In this document: positions 48,259-62,744 of the stretch, piece by piece
Layout: every line of letters starts with the position of its first letter
Numbering within the stretch: the stretch's first letter is position 1
Assembly: GCA_002269645.1 (NCBI GenBank)
Contig: NIVC01002529.1
Location: 99,798-163,797, forward strand
DNA from: Macrostomum lignano
Taxonomy: Eukaryota
Direction: 5' to 3'
DNA: 64,000 nucleotides
The notes under the pieces: generated by a model
Databases searched by the model: none
Told to the model about the DNA's origin: nothing
Seen by the model: the letters and a program-made list of their open reading frames with translations, nothing else
Made by a program: the position numbers and the translations under genes

Positions 48259-51200
48259 ATGTCAAAGAGTGTATCTAAGTCTGTGAAGCCCATTAAAATA
48301 GTTGTAATTGGAAGTGGAGGTGTTGGCAAAAGTGCACTTACACTTCAGTTTTCAAAAGTAAGTTATTTAAATACTTAATTTCTATATTGATCACAACAGA
48401 TGTTAAATCTTCTTTGCTTAGCTTTTAATACAGTTTTGTGACTTATATTATAATTTTAAGAATAGATTAGGCTAGGCACTAGGCCTAGAATAGAATTTTT
48501 AATTAATTACTAATATATAAAATATATATAGAAAAGATGTGTTTATCCCCATGGCTATAGTCCTATGCTAATAATTCCAATTTTATATACATCTGTTTGA
48601 TAATTTCCAGCTTATTCCCATGGCAGCTTATTGAAATAGCTGCCACCATTCAAGTCTATAAGCCATGTCAATAATTCTAATTTTATCTACATGGATCCAT
48701 GTCAATAATTTTCAGCTTATTCCCTAGTGAAGATTGTGCAATTGTTTGTGTTTAGTTTATGTACTGACATAAAAGTTTGTTACTATATTAGTTTTTTATC
48801 GTAGCATATATTGCATAGCTTTAAATAATTATTATAATAATGTTATGTGACTTTCCATTGAAGTCATAGTATAACAATATCATTTAACTATATTGCTAAT
48901 TGCTCTATCCAAAATTAATATTGTCATTATTATTATAGTATTATTAGCATTATTATTACATATTAAAATTTGAATTTTATAAGTCTTGTTCACCTTGATC
49001 TTAGGGTTGTTTAGTCATTCTAAGCAAAGCTAGCAGCTAAGCAAATATTTAAAATTAACATTTTTAATGATGGAAAGTAAGGTGGGGTTGGAGAATAACT
49101 TTCTTGGAAATGGTTGCCTTTTTTGAATTTGCTGACACCAGTGAGGTGGGATGGATTCCTCATTTGAATTGCTGCCGGCGTTAAGTTCGCACAAATAAAA
49201 CTGGAAATCGCGCAGATGAATCACAACGAAATTTCTTCTCCTGTTTTACTCTGACAGCCAGGTTCTCAAGTCTGGGGGGAGGGTAGTCGTAATCATAGCG
49301 GAGCGGTCGTTAGCGGCGCGGTCATTCAAAGCGGAGAAACACAGGAGATTTCTGACTTTAAAAATTAATGCGTCAATTATCTGAACTCATTACTTTCTAT
49401 AGGGTAGTTGCTGCCACCACCGTAATTTACATATTACAGAACAAATAAGTCTCAGAGCCTTCTTTGAGATGAGAACTTTGGTTATTTTACGCCCCACAGG
49501 CAAATGACTCAAGAAGAAAAACTATGGCTTTGGATTAGTGAATAAATATAGTTAATTATTGGAATTAATTAAGTTTTAGTGAGCAGGCTGAATTATTAAA
49601 TGTTACTAAAGACTCAACTCTATTCAGATGAAAACGGGGGCCGAGGCCAAAAAAAGAAGGTATTAACTGTCTTACACTAGCAAACAAAGCACTGAATTAA
49701 TGAATAAATCAATAAATAGGGAAAACACTAAAAGCTGACCAACAATAAACGAAATGAGGGGAAGAGAGCAAGAGAAAAACAAAAAGAGGAGGAGGAGGGT
49801 TAAAAAATAGTCATGAAAAATTCATCGCATTATATACAGAGGAATACATGGACATGCTGCGGGGACTCAGGATGGACATGTACCGGGAAAGAAAATACAC
49901 GCAAGAGGACATAATGCAAGGTGGCATGGAATACATAAGTATAACAAAATGGATAAGCAAATCCTGTTGCGTGCGAATATACGCATGAAACGGGTTATAG
50001 TCAGATCCCGCCATGGGAGTGACGTCACCCCAAAAATTGGGAGTCACCACATGCACCATGCAAAATGTTCAAATGCCAAATTCAAGTGTTATCCGTGGCA
50101 ACCCACCTGCCAAAAAAGTTACTTAATACTATTCAGTATTCAGTAGTTTATTTAAAAGATTTGTAAAATAGTGAAAACAAAAAGATAAGATTCATTTTAA
50201 GGTTTTTTAGTCTAATAAGCTGCCATGAGGATAAGCTGAAAATTATCAATATTGACACGGATCCATGTGGATAAAATTTGAACTTTTGACATGGCCTATA
50301 GACTTGAATGGTGGCAGCTATTTCAATAAGCTGCTATGGGGATAAGCTAGAAATTATTGACATGGATCGTTGTGGATAAAATTGGGATTAGCAACATAGG
50401 ACTATGGGGATACTTCCATATAGAAATATATAGTATTTAGAATGCATATAGTCTAAATTAATATGTAAACTACCTTATTAATGAATAGTTTTTATAGTAA
50501 TAACTAAAATTATATATAATATAATTGATTAATGGAAAGCAACTAAAGTCTTCTAGCCATAGCAATAGCAATAATATCCTACTGCTGTTACCAAAAGCTG
50601 TCCTAGGGCTCTTATTTATTCTTTGTTTAGCCTTACTTGCTGCCACCAAAGTTATTACAGGGCTAAACTTTCTGTCTTTCTACTTAATGTACTTTTACAT
50701 AAGTGTACTATTATTACTGGTAGTGTCTACTTATATTAGTTGGTAGCATCTACTTCTGTACTATTATTGGTAGCTTATGTACTTTTATTGTACTTTCTGG
50801 CCTGAGCAGTCTTTTAGGCACCATCTATCCTATCCCTATACTCCTCTAAAGATATTATTATCAGTCCTGGGTGTTCCCAGGATCAGAGGGTCACAGCGCA
50901 CTTTGCTGGGTATTCTGCCCTGAGGCGGGTTTCTCAGACTCTAAGCCTGGATTTCTCTACCCTGTGGTAGGAAGTCTGCCTTCTAAAGGCGGGTAATTAG
51001 ACTCCTAAGTCTAGGATTTCTTGTTCTCTGAGAATGGACTGAACTCCCAATCTTGGGGCAACTCCTATGTCACTATCCACTACTTGAAATAAGTAACATG
51101 AGTGATCACGAGCCCAAGGCTGATTTAAAGCTTGGTCAATGTTCGAAACAATGGTACAAGACCAACAAACAAGAAAAGGTTCACAAGGTTATTTATTTTT

Positions 51201-54200
51201 GCTCCCAGCTGACTCCTATTTATAGTAAAATTTTCCTAGTATTTAAAACAAAGTATTAATACATAGAATATTCAGAATATTTTGCATATAAGAAATATTT
51301 TTAATATTTGCATAGTATAACAACAGTAGTACATTTTTGGAAATGCAACTTTTTCTACAAAATTGTTATAAAACTGGAGGCCTATTATAGATCCCTAATT
51401 TATTTTGTATATCTAGTGTTGGACATGCACTAAAATGCAGAAGCTGATGTAGAAGTAGATGTAGAATATTTAATCTAAATTGCATAGATAGCTATTAGAT
51501 AAGCTCACAAGCAATGATTTATAACCCTAAAAATATTGAAAACCACACCTTTATATTTTTTGACTACAAGTATGGCAAAATCATATTACAAAAATCCTAC
51601 AAGTATGAATTCTAAATTCTGAAAATATTGATTCTGAACTTGTTAGCCTACTAACAGCAGGCTGTGGGCATTTTTCTATTTTTATATAATTTTTGTAGAA
51701 TTCATACTATATTTGAATTGACACAACTCAATTGATTTTCTCTTTAGAGTTTGTTGAGAGAATGCAAAAAGGGGGCCTTCTGGGTCGCTATCTAATTTGA
51801 TGTTATTTATTTAGATAAAGCAAAGAGAAATTAATGCATGGGGGTGGTAGTACCTAGTTTACGAGCAGATGTACATTGCACGACAGGGCAGAGCGGGGTG
51901 AAAGGTGAGTAGGCTTTCTCTTAATGTAAAAAACCATTTGGGCTGAATAAATATGAACTTTTTCCCCACACTCTCCCAATGACCTGATTGATTGAGGTCA
52001 AGATCATTTCACAAAAGGAAAAGTAACACAAGGTAGAAAAAACAAATATTAATTGCTGCCGCTAAAACACCAGACTGTGGAAAAAATCAAAAACTGAAAA
52101 AGCACAAAAATCAACCAACTGAGAATAAACTGCAAAATTACCAAAAAATGCAAACCAATCACCATCAAAAGAGAAAAAAACACAGAAAACACAAACAACA
52201 TAAACAAGAACTATCTGGCTTGAAGAAAAAAAACAAAACTTAAAACGTCTATAAGAACAAACACCACCAACTACAAAAACAACCAATGTGCCACAACCAA
52301 AACCAACCACCATACAACAACAACTGAGAACCACCAACCAACCAACTGAACGACCACCAACCGTCACACAGCCACAGACATCAATTTGACTATGCCGACC
52401 ATTCTCTCATAGAAGCCTCCTATCCATGGAGCTCGCTCAGGAATAAATGTCCAGGTGACTCGGCGGCTGATCAGAAAATCTTGACCTGCTTGAGTCCGTA
52501 ATGGAGCTTCTTCTGCATCCAGTAGCCTGGCCGCCGCATGGAAGGTTTTGAAGTTGTCAGATATAATCGATGGTACACCTCGGCGGCCACAGAAGTGTCT
52601 CAGGCTCAGAAGAAATGACTGTGTTGTCAAGTCAGTGACAAGTTCGAGATGCACTGCTTGTGTGCTAGTACAGGTCAACAATAGAATGTAGGCTTTATGT
52701 TGGCTGTCATCCTCCTCCCTGCAGTAGATGAGGGGGCTGCAGTAATCGAGGCCAACATGCTGGAACACACAACACGCCGTAACACGGGATGCCGGCAGCT
52801 GTGCTGGTTGTGCAATCCAGTATGGCAATCCTTGCAATCGAATGCATGTGTTGCATGATTTTAGCACAGGTTTTACCTTCTGCTGCCCTTTCAGTAGCCA
52901 GAATTGCTCACCAAGTTGGACTAACGTCGCGGAGGCTCTCCCATGACCGAATTTGTGATGCACATCCGTGATGAGCAGTCTCTGGAAGCTGGGGTCTAAT
53001 GGGAAGAATCGGAAACTTTTTATTGTCAAAAAGCTGAGTGTCTCCAAGCCTTCCCGCGCTACGAAGAACACCCTTCGGGTCAAAGAACAGCGAGAGGTTC
53101 TTGTTAAGCTGCGTGCGGGCAGTGCTGTCGCAAAGACTGCAAATGTCAGCTTCGAAGTCACGCGACTGCAGCAATTTAATCCAGAACTCCTCCGCTTTTA
53201 ACAGCTCTGCCGGCGTCAGCTCGACAGTCGTAGCCTGCCACGTCCATTTTAAAATGCTGATGAAATGGAGAACCCACGCTGAAACACGCAGCAATCTAGT
53301 CAAGGAATTGATGCACTGCACCTCGATGATGGAGTGGATGCGTGCCGATTGTACCTCTGACGTCGACGTCTGTGTGACTGCGCAGTTGTGTGCATCTTCT
53401 TGATGATTTGAGCTTTGGTCGCCTATCACAGGTTGCTCCGGCCAGAGTGAGGAATCCAGAGACAGCCACCCAGGACCCCGAAACCAAGGGGACAATGAAT
53501 CGAATGCGCCTGGCACAACTGGTCGGGTCGCACTGTTGGCGGGGTTGTCCCTCCCAGGGAAGAACCGCCACTTCTCCGGTGCCACAGCTGCTCGAACATT
53601 GGAAACTCTGTTTTAAATGAATGACTTCCACAATTTGTGTGTCGACTTGAGCCACCACAGAACGTCCATGCTGTTGCTCCAGCAGGTGATGAAGCCATGC
53701 AGATATTCAGCGCGGAATTCGTTGAGGGCTTGAGCAAGCTCGTTCGCAGCCATCAACTCTAGCCGTGGAATAGTCGTCGGAGCTATGGGCGCAACGCATG
53801 TTTTGCCCATCAGTAGCGCAACTTGGACGTCACCTGAATCAAATGTAGACCATAAATAGACACACACTGCGTAGGCCGATTGAGATGCATCACAGAACCC
53901 ATGAATTTCGCATGCAATGGGCGTCTGTCTGAAGACTCTTCGGTCGAGTGGCATCGTCCAACATCGTAACTCAGCTAAGCATTCAACCCACTACGAGTGA
54001 AGGGGCTCCGGAAGCATAGCGTCCCACGGCACCTTTAGTTTGCAGCTCTGCTGAAAAAGCAGTTTGGCTCGCGTCAGCAACGGGCAAAGACGGCCAAGAG
54101 GGTCAAACATCTTGGAGAATGCTGACAATGTCGAATGCTTGGTCAGACGTTTGCCGGACAAGCCGATTGCTGGATGATCACAAATCGGCAAATGGAATGT

Positions 54201-57200
54201 TGCTATCCGGAATCCATTGCTTGCCAAGGACCTTGACTGGTGATTTGGTTGAATGTGACACGCCACATCCATCTTCAAGAGCAGTGGTGTTCAGAGCTGA
54301 GCATTTTGAGAGCCAGTCGTATATATTCATCGATGCTTCCAGGAACGCGCTCTGCGTCATGTGATACAATGCCATAGCTTCCTCTTTGGAGTCTGCGCCA
54401 GATACTAGGTTGTCGACGTATGTGTCCTGAGACAGTTTCAGACAAACGGTCTTGGAAGCCTTGGTTATTGTGCGGAAATGGTGAAACAGAACTTCTTGCA
54501 GGATTGCTGGACTGGAGATCAGGCCAAACACAAGGCGCACATAGCGGAAGACGTGAATACTTGACTTCTTGTCCCTCTAGGTTGACCTGTAGACATACAG
54601 GCGACCTTCGGGACCTTCAACGGAGTGCCACCACGCGGCCCCAATGATCTGACACCGCCAACATCGTGCTTCTATCAAGGCACCAAATACACCTGGTGGT
54701 CTTTCCTCATGGGGAAAAATAGCGTGGTCTTTCTACTGTTAATTACTGGCAGAAATGCTAGTTTTTTCTTGAACTTTTGCTTTAATTTTTTTATGGTCAT
54801 TTCCTATCTTTATTTATACAATATAACAAAATACTATTAAAATTTAAATTATTAATAGTTATAAAAGCTTTGTTGGTTAGTTAGTAGGTAATTTGCATGT
54901 TTGATAACTACAAATTCAAAAAAAAGTTTAAACAGTTTTAGCAAAACTGCATTGTTGTTTGAAAACTTTTTTATTCAGTCATTAAGATACCTTAGCAATT
55001 TAACAGTAAGATTGATGCATTAAAATATTGAAAATTTAATTATATATTACTTTATACTCTAAGTAAATTTGTGACAAGGTTTGCATAACAAATCAGTACT
55101 TCGAAATTAGTTTTGATAGTTATATACCGGTATCAACCAAAGTTTTTGTCACAAATTTTTAGTCAAAGTTTTTCCTGGACTATGACCCAACCATTGAGGA
55201 TTCATTTAGCAAGTCCTGCTACATTGACAACGAAATGGCCCGACTGGATATTCTGGACACAGCTGGTATGTCATCTTGCTTGAAATTATCTTCTGGAATA
55301 TTTAGTAATCTATTTCGCGTTGCTATCACATTATTGAAAATCGCCCATCATACCAGTATGAAGTCCTAACTAGAGATCCCACTATTCAGAGATGGATCCA
55401 TAATTAAAGATCCCATTATTCAGAGATAGATCCCTAATTAAAGATCCCATTATTCAGAGATAGATCCCTAATTAAAGATCCCATTATTCAGAGATGGATC
55501 CCTAATCAAAGATCCCATTATTCAGAGATAGATCCCTAATTAAAGATCCCATTATTCAGAGATGGATCCCTAATCAAAGATCCCATTATTCAGAGATAGA
55601 TCCCTAATTAGAGATCCCATTATTCAGAGATAGATCCCTGATTAGAGATCCCATTATTCAGAGATAGATCCCTAATCAAAGATCCCATTGAGATAGATCC
55701 CTAATTAGAGATCCCATTATTCAGAGATGGATCCCTAATTACAGATCCCATTATTCAGAGATAGATCCCTAATAAGAGATCCCATTATTCAGAGATAGAT
55801 CCCTAATTAGAGATCCCATTATTCAGAGATGGATCCCTAATTAGAGATCCCATTATTCAGAGATGGATCCCTAATTAGAGATCCCATTATTCAGAGATGG
55901 ATCCCTAATAAGAGATCCCATTATACCGAGATGGATCTCTAATTAGAGATCCCAATATTCAGAGATAGATCCCTGATTGGAGATCCATTTTTCAGAGATG
56001 GATCCCTAATTAGAGATCCCATTATTCAGAGATAGATCCCTGATTAGAGATCCCATTATTCAGAGATGGATCCCTAATTAGAGATCCCATTATTCAGAGA
56101 TGGATCCCTAATTAGAGATTCCATTATTCACAGATAGATCCCTGATAAGTGATCCCATTATTAAGAGATGGTCAGATGTACCCTAATTAAATATCCCATT
56201 ATTCAGAGATCCCATTACCCCAAGATAGATCCCAAATCAGAGACCTAATTATCCAGGGGTGGAAGTCTCGGAGATCGTTACCCAGGTAAAAATCCTCAAT
56301 GAGAGAGCCAATTTTCCAATTATTGATTCAAGTATGCTTCCGACCATGTGCAATTTCAATAATACAAAGCGATCCCAAATAGCTAGACACCAAAAACCAT
56401 TCACATTACCCTAATGCTGCACATCGCTCAGGCCAGGAGGAGTTCACGTCAATGCGCGAACAGTACATGCGACTAGGCCAGGCCTTCCTAGTTGTATTCT
56501 CTGTCACAGACAGGAAAGGCTTCGAAGAGGTCGACTCCCTAATCCAGCTAATCTACCGGGTGAAGGACCGCGAAGCGTTCCCCATCATGGTGGCGGGTAA
56601 CAAGATCGACCTGCAGAACGATCGCTGCATCGACCAGTCTCTAGCCCAGGAGTTAGTGCAGCGCCATCAGGAATTTAATCCCTACTGCGCTTATATTGAG
56701 ACTAGCGCAAAGACTCGACTCAACGTTGACTTGGTATTCCACGACTTGGTGCGACTGCTCAGGTGAGTCAGTTATTCGTTTTTGCTCGATTCGTTATCAC
56801 TAAGTCGAGTGAGGGAAAAATCTTCGCATTAGTATCTATGCATTTTGTTTATTTCCTCTGTACGCTAATGGGGCTAAGTGTCAAAAAGCTACTGTATTTT
56901 TGTTCAGTTTTTTTATACTAAACTACGGCAATTAAAATCGTTGCTTTAAAAAAATCAAACTTCCTGTCATTTTTCGGGCGACGCTTCCGGTCAGTTTGGT
57001 GTTAGAATCCTCTAAAGTGTTTAACACACAATTATATATTTAATTGCTATAATGTTAAATAGTATTTTATAGCATAGTTATATAACGACGTACTTAACGT
57101 CTGAGGATGTTTGAGTAGAGACTGAGGATGTTGGAGTAGGGACTGAGGATGTTGGAGTAGGGACTGAGGATGTTGGAGTAGAGACTGAGCATGTTGGAGT

Positions 57201-57483
57201 AGAGACTGAGGATGTTGGAGTAGGGACTGAGCATGTTGGAGTAGGGACTGAGCATGTTGGAGTAGGGACTGAGGAAGTTGGAGTAGGACTCGTACTCAGA
57301 TCTTATACATCCATATTTCTGGTATGTATGGTAGGACTGAGGAAGGACTCAGCAGCGCACCTAGCAGCCAAAAGAATTCCATGGAAGCTGATCTCAGTTG
57401 CCCCCATCCCCCCAAATTTCAGACTGTACAACGCCAAAGGCGGCAGTAAGCAGGCCAAGAAATCGAAGTGCAGCCTATTGTAA
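48259..57483 (+). CDS. Ras-family small GTPase, R-Ras/TC21-like, four exons, 197 aa
   Basis: Exons 48259-48357 (GSGGVGKS), 55163-55265 ([16 protein letters not shown]), 56432-56762 (QEEF, NKID, ETSAK) and 57423-57483 (KKSKCSLL*, CaaX). All introns are GT-AG with phases 0,1,2. Total 594 nt. [10 protein letters not shown] and RVKDR are R-Ras/M-Ras-type signatures. Confidence 0.93.
48544..50412. mobile_element. Pair of ~190-bp inverted repeats 1.5 kb apart; candidate non-autonomous TIR element
   Basis: 48544-48727 is the reverse complement of ~50226-50412 (shared core GCAGCTTATTGAAATAGCTGCCACCATTCAAGTCTATA). Both outer ends are TA. Confidence 0.55.
52366..54590 (-). mobile_element. BEL/Pao LTR-retrotransposon pol fragment (RT-RNaseH-integrase), decayed, antisense in Ras intron 1
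   Basis: RT: RLVFGL.SSP and YVDN. RNase H: HGFCDAS..AY. Integrase: H..GH/C..C, GLDY, HLELV.DLTT.SF, SDN and [12 protein letters not shown]. There are several frameshifts and stops, and no LTRs were found. Confidence 0.9.
55370..56225. repeat. 34-bp minisatellite (AGAGATCCCATTATTCAGAGATGGATCCCTAATT) in Ras intron 2
   Basis: 34-bp period, ~25 copies. Confidence 0.95.
57104..57290. repeat. 21-bp minisatellite (ACTGAGGATGTTGGAGTAGGG) in Ras intron 3
   Basis: 21-bp period, ~8 copies. Confidence 0.93.
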
Positions 57484-58204
57484 TTACCCCTGCTCCGTCC
57501 CTTTGCCTTGTCTCAGTTCTGCGTCACACTCCCCTGTGCTTATTGGTGTACACTGCACTACCAATCCATTTGTTTTTGTTAACGCGGTAACTCTATAACG
57601 GATTTCTTAGATTATCTGCTACATAGGGGTCGTTTTTTGGAAATTTTTTGAAGTCCCAATCCAATGTCTTATGCTCATAATTGTATATAATACTGTCTGT
57701 TATTATTGTCTTCGTAGATTATCATAATTGTGTTTTTTGCGCTATTCTCAGCGCTCTATTAAATAATTATTTTACGAGTATATTATCCTATTTTTGCATA
57801 GCTGCGACTAAGCTAGTGGAATCCTTGTCGTTTGTCTTTATGTACCATCTGGTTCAACCGCTGCTGAAATCTGATAGCTAGGATGCAATAGTAAGCATAA
57901 GTCTTTATCTTATCAATTAGTGTTAATTAATGCGCTTCTTCTTTCTCCGAGTCAGTCTAATGATAAAGTCCGACTGCTTTTCTATTTCCTCGTGTATGTA
58001 CTATAATTGTATTAGTCTCCGGGTATTATTCAGAGTCATTAATCGTCTGTAAAATCGGTTTCTGTTGCACATTCACCTGCCAGCCGTGGTAAAATACCCA
58101 GCAGCCTACGTTCCTCTAAGAATTTCTAAGAATTCCCTTATCTATAGAATCATCTAATGCTAGGCCGACCTGACCCACTTAGTCTACCCAAGCAAAACTT
58201 TCCT

Positions 58205-58425
58205 ACCCCTCAATGTACATGCGCTCCTCACCAGACCCATCCCAACCACGCAAACTTATCTATCTTATCTACCCCTCGATGTACATGCGCTCTTCACCAG
58301 ACTCACCCCAACCACGCAAACTTATCTATCTTATCTACCCCTCGATGTACATGCGCTCTTCACCAGACTCACCCCAACCACGCAAACTTATCTATCTTAT
58401 CTACCCCTCGATGTACATGCTCTTG
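58205..58425. repeat. 66-bp tandem repeat, ~3.3 copies
   Basis: ATGTACATGC at 58213, 58279, 58345 and 58411. Confidence 0.92.
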
Positions 58426-61400
58426 ACCATGCCCGCCCAATGTACATATTATCGACCCAATCCAGGCTCGCATGCTCTGAAAACCGAGCGTCCCCTTCCG
58501 CCTTCCACTTTCATCTGTTGTAAATTTCTTTTACCATGTTAGAATGGTTATTTATAATTGCTTCAGTCATTAGCAAGGGTTGATACGCAGTCAGTTCATG
58601 GTGTGAAGTTTATTTAGCCAGCTTCTACTGCTAACTGTACTGCTATATGTGTCTCTTACACAACTAGCACAGGCTCCTGCTGGGCCGTCTGAGAAATGTT
58701 TGCTAGCAAGGGGGAAGGAAATGTTGTGCCTGCAAATAATATACAGATTGTATTGCATCTGGTTTAAGCAATCATTTTTCAGCTATACATTTTGCGTCTT
58801 CATGCGCTCGCACGTTTACTATCCATTTTTATTCACAGGTTCAAAAATGATTTTTAGCCAGTATCACAATGGTTAATTCCTAATATATTCGCTTAATTAT
58901 TCTAATTAATTGCTATTGTCTTCCATTGCCAGATTGTGCTGTTCTGTATAACAAAACCTTTCTGTCAGTCAGCAAAGGCGCTGCTAACTAACAATGTCCT
59001 ACAATTATTGGCTGATCTCCGCTGTCACAGCCCCTCTGTTGGCAGTTCAGTCGGTGGACACAAGTTCTTGCTTATTTTGCTTTCATTCGTCCGTTTTTTG
59101 TTTTCGATTTACTAATGCACTTGTAGGCCGCACTTGTCAGATGCCGCTAAGTATACTTTCAGTTCGGACAGTACAGCCAAATCTACCCGCGTAGCCCTTC
59201 TGCACAATGTGTATAGATACCGGAGTTATACACGAGCTTCCAACTACCTTCTTGTACCGCTTCCAACCCGCTCCGCTTGCCTGCTGCCCAAAATAGAATT
59301 GTTTTTGCTACTCGTAACAAGTAGTCTGTACCGCGATTAATACGAGCGTAGCTGCACCTATTAATTCTTATTTTATTCTCGCAAGCTAGTTGTCTACGCA
59401 TGCAACTTTTGCTATAATAAGGCGCTTGTCAAAAATTGTTGTCGGGATTAAAGTTAAATAATTTCGTCATGCACGTCTTATCCAGTGCTTTAAAACTTCC
59501 TAATATTAATTCAATCATATAAACTACGGCCGTATATTTTCTCCGTTTATTGCATGCTGCAGATAAGCACGGCAAATATATGCATATACACGATTCTGCA
59601 TGCCAATTTACTAATTGGAAAAATCCTGTCGTTGGTTTTTATTCGACTTCAGTTTTGTTCAACAGTTTACAAGTCCTAAATTCCTAATGCAAGTAATAAA
59701 GGTGCACACGCAAGGACTCCATCATGTACTAGACTGTATATTCCAGTGGTCCTACTAGGCACCACATAAATTACGAAACGCACGCATGTACATGTAAGAA
59801 CTGTTAGAATGATGCTGCGGTCAAAATTGTTCCGACAAATTAGATAAACTACATTAGATTTGTATGATAGAAAATATAGTGGGCAGGAAAAAAAAAATTC
59901 ATACGCATGAGCTTTTTAATGAGATGAACTACCCTGTAAAAAATAAAAGTAAAATACATGCTTCACATATGCTTCATATATGCAATCAAAGTACCCCAAA
60001 AGCTGTTTGCATTTTCAAATTCAGGAATCCTGCCCTTTTTGATGCAAACCATCCTGTTATCTTCTTTAGTAGTCCTTTGCCTCGGCCTTAGGATAAGGAG
60101 CAAATAATGGCGATAAAGTTGCCCCCCTAGAAACTATTGGCATTCCCTAACAGAAATTTTGGCTGCGTCAATTACAGAAAGAAAATTTCATTATGCTTTA
60201 GTTTAGTTAACACTCCGGTTCATTTTCGACAAGTTACCCGATTTTGTCAATCCTGGGTCCTGACCATAAATCGTATTTGTTTTATTTTAGAATTTAAATT
60301 AATTTTTCCAAAAAGTAGTTTCTTAGAAGCGCTTGTCAACATTTTGATAGTACCAACTATGCCAGCTACAAGTGTCATGATTATAGAACGAAAAATATGT
60401 CGCCATAGGATTTATCATGGGTTACAATGCAACTTTTACGGGCTTTTTTATTATTTAAAAATTTATGATAAAAGTTAAACCACTAACGCGATTCAAATCA
60501 TGTGGATATTTATTAAAATATAATGCACGGCATAATCCATCCTAGTCCAAAAATCATTCGTATCATTTTGTGACTTGTGGGATGTTTAGTTTTGCACAAA
60601 TAAATAAAGTATTACTATTAGCGCTTAGAATTTTGACACCTTGACACTTAACACTTAGAAAGCTCTATGTATAATCGAAACAGCAAATTAGTACATTTTT
60701 CAGATGCATTTGAGCCAATTTCAGAGTCAGATGCTATCATATTTTCGAAACTTTTGAGACTCGAGATCTTTACTTTCGAGATGATCGAGATTCGAGATTA
60801 TGCCTAAGTAACATTTAGTAGGCCTACTTATACTATTTTATCTATCAATGCTAATAATGGCTACCAGTGACTTCGGCGCGGCAACAACAAAACAAATTAG
60901 CAAAGGACACTTTGGGCTGTTTGGCGACAGTTTAGGAACAACTGAACATTTCGAGTGACAAAAGGGGACATTTTGGCAAAAAGCCAACAAAATAAACTTA
61001 TGAATGAAATTATACTGCGTGCTGAATAAAATTTTAATTTGATTTGATGAGTGATTTATATAAATCAATCTATCGCCAATGACAATGTCTTGTTGCCAAA
61101 GTGACTGGTACCCACCCATAGTCAGGATCATGGCATGCCTGTGCCAGAACAAATTCTATCAAAAAATTTTGATTGCGCTGTGTGCCGGAACAAATCCTAT
61201 CAAAAAGTTTGCTTGCAGCATACACTGAAACTAGGCCTATTTTTTATCAAAAAAAGTTTGCTCATACTATGTATTGCAACTTTTTGAAAAAATGCAAACA
61301 TAGGCCCTACTAGTAAAACTTGTATTTGAATCTGTTTCATAGAAAAGGCAATGTTAATGTAAAAAAGACATCAATATACTAGCAATTTGCAGCAAGCAAA

Positions 61401-62744
61401 AAAGTGCTAATAAAAAATCTATATAATCTATTTAATTGAATCTAAAAATTACATGCTAATTTTCTGTCAGAGAAAATATTGTCTTGTCGGAAGCTTTTGT
61501 CTTGCCCTAAATTATGCCAATTTTTTGTCTTGCATTGTACTATACCAGATTTTTCTCCCTTGCTTGCTGTTGATGTCCAACCCCATTTTGTGCTAGAATT
61601 TTCCATGAAAAAGGCCATTTTCCTGACTATGGGTACTACCCACTAATAATAATATTGTTATTTGTTAAATGTGTACTATGGTGATAAATAATCAATGGTG
61701 TAGCTAAGATTTTAAAAAGAGTGGATAGGCCTAGGGACAAAATTGTAGACTAAAAAACTTTACCATTTTTTGCTTAAGATATGCATTTTAAAAGTACCAA
61801 AACCATGTTTATTGGGCTAAAAAAACTTTTTTTTGTTAAAATCTAAATAAAGCCAATAGATGTCTATCTATCTATGGTATTTTAGGAACTATGGTCCTAC
61901 TAAGGATTCACAGAAATATTGTTTAAAACATTTTAATAGTAATTTATAGCTGAAATAGGCCAATTTTTTAGCAATTTTGCCAAGTCAGCCATTTTATTTT
62001 GTATTTTTTAAAAAACCTCATTTTTTATTATAAATCATCAAAATAGGGAGAGATATATCCCTATATCCCCTTCCCCCAAGTATACCACTAGTGATAATAG
62101 TCAATAAAAGAAAAAAATAAATCCTATATACTAAAAATGAGTTGTCTGTATGTGGGTAGGTAGGTAAGTATGCAATAGATTTCAGAAAAAATGGCTCAAC
62201 TGATTTTCTTCAAACTTGCACCATTCGATCAGAAATTTTCCTGGGATGGTACATGCATCTTGGCTAAGAAATTGCTCAATATTAAAGGGATTAAATATTC
62301 GAAAAACATGCTTTTTTGCAAAGGTCAAGCAAAATTTTCGACTTAAAACCCATTGTAAAAATGCTAGAGAAAAAACTGACTGGCTGAATTCTGATTCTGA
62401 TAAAGATTGCATCACAACAAGTTGAAACAGTGCCAAAGAAATGCACACACGACTTGATTTAAATTGCGTAACCATATTGCTAACTTAAAATGAGACTGGT
62501 ACTGGCTGACTGATATATTGATTATGTCATAACTTTTTACTCTAATTGACTTGCTGTAAGAATTGAATTATAAGGGGCCTAAGGGCCACAATTCATGTTC
62601 TCCAATTGAAAAGAGATAGCCTATATACGAACAGACTGGACTGCCAACGTAGCGACCTGGGTTCGAATCTTAGTAGTGAAAAATAATTTTTTTATTAAAA
62701 CACTTTGAAAACACGAAACTGCTAAACATAAAAAAGCACAATGT

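Noticed and set aside
52062-52367. 101-aa hydrophobic ORF next to the BEL integrase
   Set aside because: It derives from an A/C-rich low-complexity tract and has no env or other recognisable motif.
58649-62475. Short ORFs in the AT-rich 3' region
   Set aside because: No motifs, no codon bias and no consistent splice structure.
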